Sequence record: DRR723986_16079
Direction: 5' to 3' (one strand)
Length of the DNA: 37,521 nucleotides
Of this stretch, positions 36,069 to 37,521 are shown piece after piece (position 1 is the stretch's first letter; each line of letters begins with the position of its first letter). Below the pieces are notes generated by a model. The model was given only the letters and a program-made list of their open reading frames with translations. It was not told the DNA's origin and made no database searches. The translations under genes and the position numbers were made by a program.

Positions 36069-36856
36069 ACATTTTAGATAACATATTAGACATTAAAAGA
36101 AAAGAGATTGAAGTGCGAAGAAGACAGCAGTCAATTGATACACTCATAAAACAACCACTTTTTAATTCAGAAACAAAATCGCTTTCAGAATCTATTAAAA
36201 ATGGATCAGGAATAATTGCTGAGTACAAAAGATGGTCGCCAAGTGCGGGTAAAATTCAGAACAAATCCATTGAAGAGGTAGTAGGGTTTTACAAAGCGCA
36301 CAATGTTTCTGGATACTCTGTTTTGACAGACGAAGAATATTTCGGAGGCCGAGTAGGAGATATGAAAACGGCAAAGAGCGTTGTTGAGGGACCTATTCTA
36401 CGTAAAGATTTCATTATAGATGAATATCAACTTTTTGAAGCAAAGGCCTATGGAGCGGATGCAATATTGTTGATAGCAGAGGCTTTAGATACCTATCACG
36501 CTTTATCACTTACAACCATGGCGCATTCAATTGGCTTAGAAGTGTTGATGGAGTTTCATTCAGCTGATGAGATTGAAAAACTAAATGATTCAGTTGATGT
36601 AATCGGGGTAAATAATAGAAACTTGAAAACGCTTGAAACGAGAATTGAGACCTCTGAAGAGATGTTGAAGTTTTTGCCTTACAACAAAGTGAAAATAACC
36701 GAGAGTGGGATAGAGCAGGCTAATCAGATTAAGTTCCTCTATGATCTTGGTTTTTCAGGTGCACTCATTGGAGAGTCAGTCTTAAAAAGTCCTGGGTTAC
36801 TTGCTGAATTGAGTGAAGCAGCTCTGGGCGCAAAAATTGTCAATCATGAAAATTAA
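36065..36856 (+). CDS. trpC: Indole-3-glycerol phosphate synthase
   Basis: IIAEYKR.SPS, SVLTD..YFGG, LRKDF, GVNNRNL and ESG motifs. Confidence 0.95.
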   Translation: MNILDNILDIKRKEIEVRRRQQSIDTLIKQPLFNSETKSLSESIKNGSGIIAEYKRWSPSAGKIQNKSIEEVVGFYKAHNVSGYSVLTDEEYFGGRVGDMKTAKSVVEGPILRKDFIIDEYQLFEAKAYGADAILLIAEALDTYHALSLTTMAHSIGLEVLMEFHSADEIEKLNDSVDVIGVNNRNLKTLETRIETSEEMLKFLPYNKVKITESGIEQANQIKFLYDLGFSGALIGESVLKSPGLLAELSEAALGAKIVNHEN

Positions 36857-37484
36857 AGTTTGCGGATTAAAATATGCCTTGAACGTTAAAGAAATAGGTG
36901 ATTTACCTATTGATTATGCCGGTTTTATTTTCGTAGGAGCATCTCCTAGAAACGTAGATTATTCGCCAGGATTGATGCTTGCTATGAATAAGCTTGAATG
37001 CAAAAAGGTGGGCGTCTTTGTGAATGCGCCAACCTATTTTATCAAAGCTAAGGCCGAGTTGTTTGGCTTAAATACCATTCAACTTCACGGAGATGAATCT
37101 CCATATCAGATTGAGGCGCTTTCAAAAGATTACGAGGTGATTAAGGTATTTTCTGTTGGAGATGATTTCAATTTTAATCTGTCGCAATACAGCAGGGCCG
37201 ATTATTTTTTATTTGACACAAAGGGAAAGAAAAGAGGAGGCAATGGAACCAAGTTTAATTGGGATTTACTAAATGAATACGTAGGAGATACACCTTTTTT
37301 ATTAAGTGGAGGACTCGGGCCAGAAGATGCTGAAGAAATTTTAAAAATAAATCATCCACAATTTGCTGGCATTGACGTGAACTCTGGTTTTGAGACTGAA
37401 CCTGGATTGAAAAATACCGAATTGCTGAAGCAATTTATTAATGTACTAAAACCAAATTGCCACACTGAGTTATTAAATATTTAA
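36846..37484 (+). CDS. trpF: Phosphoribosylanthranilate isomerase
   Basis: KIKVCGL (start at ATG 36846), VGVFVN, QLHGDE, GGNG..F.W and DVNSGFE..PG.K motifs. Confidence 0.95.
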   Translation: MKIKVCGLKYALNVKEIGDLPIDYAGFIFVGASPRNVDYSPGLMLAMNKLECKKVGVFVNAPTYFIKAKAELFGLNTIQLHGDESPYQIEALSKDYEVIKVFSVGDDFNFNLSQYSRADYFLFDTKGKKRGGNGTKFNWDLLNEYVGDTPFLLSGGLGPEDAEEILKINHPQFAGIDVNSGFETEPGLKNTELLKQFINVLKPNCHTELLNI

Positions 37485-37494
37485 AATTTAGATT

Positions 37495-37521
37495 TCCCCC
37501 TTTGGAGGGGGACTAAGGGGG
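37495..37521. repeat. GC-rich REP-like hairpin element after trpF (truncated by the window end)
   Basis: TCCCCCT-TTGG-AGGGGGA hairpin followed by CTAAGGGGG, with no U-tract. Confidence 0.55.

Noticed and set aside
2722-36228. Short ORFs nested in or antisense to long genes (e.g. 2722, 4511, 6003, 6459, 6754, 8391, 9735, 12755, 15479, 16117, 16235, 16979, 17935, 22048, 23946, 24662, 24834, 27093, 28563, 30266, 36019)
   Set aside because: Wholly or largely overlap well-supported CDSs and have no recognisable motifs; shadow ORFs.
36813-36845. Extended trpF N-terminus from the ORF track
   Set aside because: TrpF homology begins at MKIKVCG (ATG 36846).

Overview
AT-rich chromosomal window from a Bacteroidota bacterium (Flavobacteriales, Crocinitomicaceae-like), inferred from gene content, TAnnTTTG -7 promoter boxes and SPII lipoproteins. 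Left to right: (1) a five-gene minus-strand putative metal (Cu) handling cluster (Cys/His leader-type protein, outer-membrane barrel, His/Met-rich DUF4625-like lipoprotein, two MbnP-like lipoproteins); (2) a DUF427-egtB-egtD ergothioneine cluster; (3) an AraC/SRPBCC pair with a shared promoter motif; (4) tRNA-His(GTG), preceded by a duplicate of its own 5' end that is split by a 20-bp palindrome; (5) an uncharacterised lipoprotein / small secreted protein / TerB-FHA-like-ABCG transporter operon; (6) hemB, DUF4159, rsmE and envelope glycosyltransferases; (7) a four-gene putative synthase-dependent exopolysaccharide system (TolC-like/TIM-barrel fusion, HlyD-like, TackOD1 zinc-ribbon regulator, processive GT2); (8) DAHP synthase/chorismate mutase-aroA-histidine kinase behind an unannotated W-N-W-F leader-peptide attenuator; (9) a secreted WD40-caspase; (10) trpL-trpEGDCF with a WWW attenuator. 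No CRISPR array, rRNA, integrase or transposase was seen. All family calls come from motif recognition by eye; no searches were run.
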